Source: Microcoleus sp. (GTDB lineage Bacteria > Cyanobacteriota > Cyanobacteriia > Cyanobacteriales > Microcoleaceae). From it: 64,000 bases of DNA. Numbering within the stretch: the stretch's first letter is position 1; the number at the start of each line of letters is the position of its first letter. Below, one piece after another: positions 62,521-64,000 of the stretch. Under the pieces are notes generated by a model. The model had not been told where the DNA came from, made no database searches, and worked only from the letters and a program-made list of their open reading frames with translations. A program made the position numbers and the translations under genes. The DNA is taken from NCBI GenBank assembly GCA_042408215.1, contig JAYFMW010000001.1:59627-123626 (forward strand), written 5' to 3'.

Positions 62521-64000
62521 TCTCTGGACAAACAGCAGAACTTCCACAACAGGATACCTCACTCTTTGATAACATACTGCCAGCAAAGGGAAAAACCGTC
62601 AACCCCCTCTTTGACAAAAAAACATCAGAGGACAACACATCGATCGACCAAGTGACCTCAGTCTCCCAGCTATCCGACGTGAAGCCAACAGATTGGGCAT
62701 TTCAAGCATTACAATCTCTAGTCGAACGGTACGGTTGTATCGCGGGATATCCCGACGGCACATTTCGCGGCAACCGGGCTATGACTCGCTACGAATTTGC
62801 AGCAGGTTTAAACGCTTGCTTGGATAAGGTGAGGGAACTAATTACCACAGGGACGACAAATTTAATTACCAAAGAAGACTTGGGTATCGTCCAACGGCTG
62901 CAAGAAGAATTTGCAGCCGAATTGGCGACTCTGCGCGGGCGCGTAGATACCCTGGAAGCTCGATCGGCTGAACTCGAAGCCAACCAATTCTCCACAACCA
63001 CAAAGCTGAACGGTCAGGTGTTGACTTATCTGGGAGATGCTTTTGGTAAAAATGCCGATCGAGCGAATAATACTGCATTCGGCTATCGAGTCCGACTTAA
63101 GTTAAATACTAGCTTCACAGGTAAAGACAACTTGTTAGTCGGACTCGATAGCCGAATGCAGTATTATTCGCCTCACTAGCATTTTTACCAAAAGCATCTC
63201 CCAGATAAGTCAACACTGACCGCTCAGCTTTGTGGTTGTGGAGAATTGGTTGGCTTCGAGTTCAGCCGATCGAGCTTCCAGGGTATCTACGCGCCCGCGC
63301 AGAGTCGCCAATTCGGCTGCAAATTCTTCTTGCAGCCGTTGGACGATACCCAAGTCTTCTTTGGTAATTAAATTTGTCGTCCCTGCGGTAATTAGCTCCT
63401 CACCTTATCTAAGCAAGCGTTTAAACCTGCTGCAAATTCGTAGCGAGTCATAGCCGGTTGTTCGCAGGCTAGTGCCCGTCGGGCACTAGCCTGCGATACA
63501 ACCGGGCTATGACTCGCTACGAATTTGCAGCAGGTTTAAACGCTTGCTTAGATAAGGTGAGGGAGCTAATTACCGCAGGGACGACAAATTTAATTACCAA
63601 AGAAGACTTGGGTATCGTCCAACGGCTGCAAGAAGAATTTGCAGCCGAATTGGCGACTCTGCGCGGGCGCGTAGATACCCTGGAAGCTCGATCGGCTGAA
63701 CTCGAAGCCAACCAATTCTCCACAACCACAAAGCTGAGCGGTCAGGTGTTGACTTATCTGGGAGATGCTTTTGGTAAAAATGCTAGTGAGGCGAATAATA
63801 CTGCATTCGGCTATCGAGTCCGACTAACAAGTTGTCTTTACCCGTGAAGCTGGTCTTTAAGTTGAGTCGGACTCGATAGCCGAATGCAGTATTATTCGCC
63901 TCACTAGCATTTTTACCAAAAGCATCTCCCAGATAAGTCAACACCTGACCGCTCAGCTTTGTGGTTGTGGAGAATTGGTTGGCTTCGAGTTCAGCCGATC
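62521..64000. repeat. Alternating inverted copies of porin 5' fragments (fold-back concatemer)
   Basis: Segments + 62521-63145, - ~63137-63460, + ~63500-63825, - 63817-64000. Confidence 0.9.

Overview
Chromosomal window of a filamentous cyanobacterium. The taxonomy is inferred: HIP1 GCGATCGC is frequent, heptamer STRRs are present, and the gene set resembles Microcoleus/Tychonema. Core genes include mutL, ycf4, psbD, psbC, tpiA, folP, aroB, petL, cpcT, sqdB/sqdX, a GAF-GAF-PAS adenylate cyclase, plsX-fabH-fabD-plsC, dacB, rpsP-khpA-phoH, an MscS channel and an SLH/OprB porin. The intergenic space is rich in IS200/IS605 (OMEGA) material: two full-length tnpB genes, four tnpB-derived mini-elements, and two IscB-less HEARO/omegaRNA elements. 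Three of these elements sit exactly at the ATGA start of host genes (petL, rpsP, phoH). Both HEARO elements carry, where iscB would be, a 54-nt three-way-junction RNA with compensatory changes in all three stems; this is the best novelty candidate. Also seen: a group I intron in tRNA-Arg(CCU), an uncoupled psbD/psbC pair keeping a vestigial overlap mini-ORF, an ATPase-less MacAB-TolC-like cassette between ~530-bp direct repeats, a PspA/IM30 plus PstS-like pair inside the fab operon, and a fold-back porin concatemer at the window end that may be an artefact. All family assignments come from motif recognition, not database searches.
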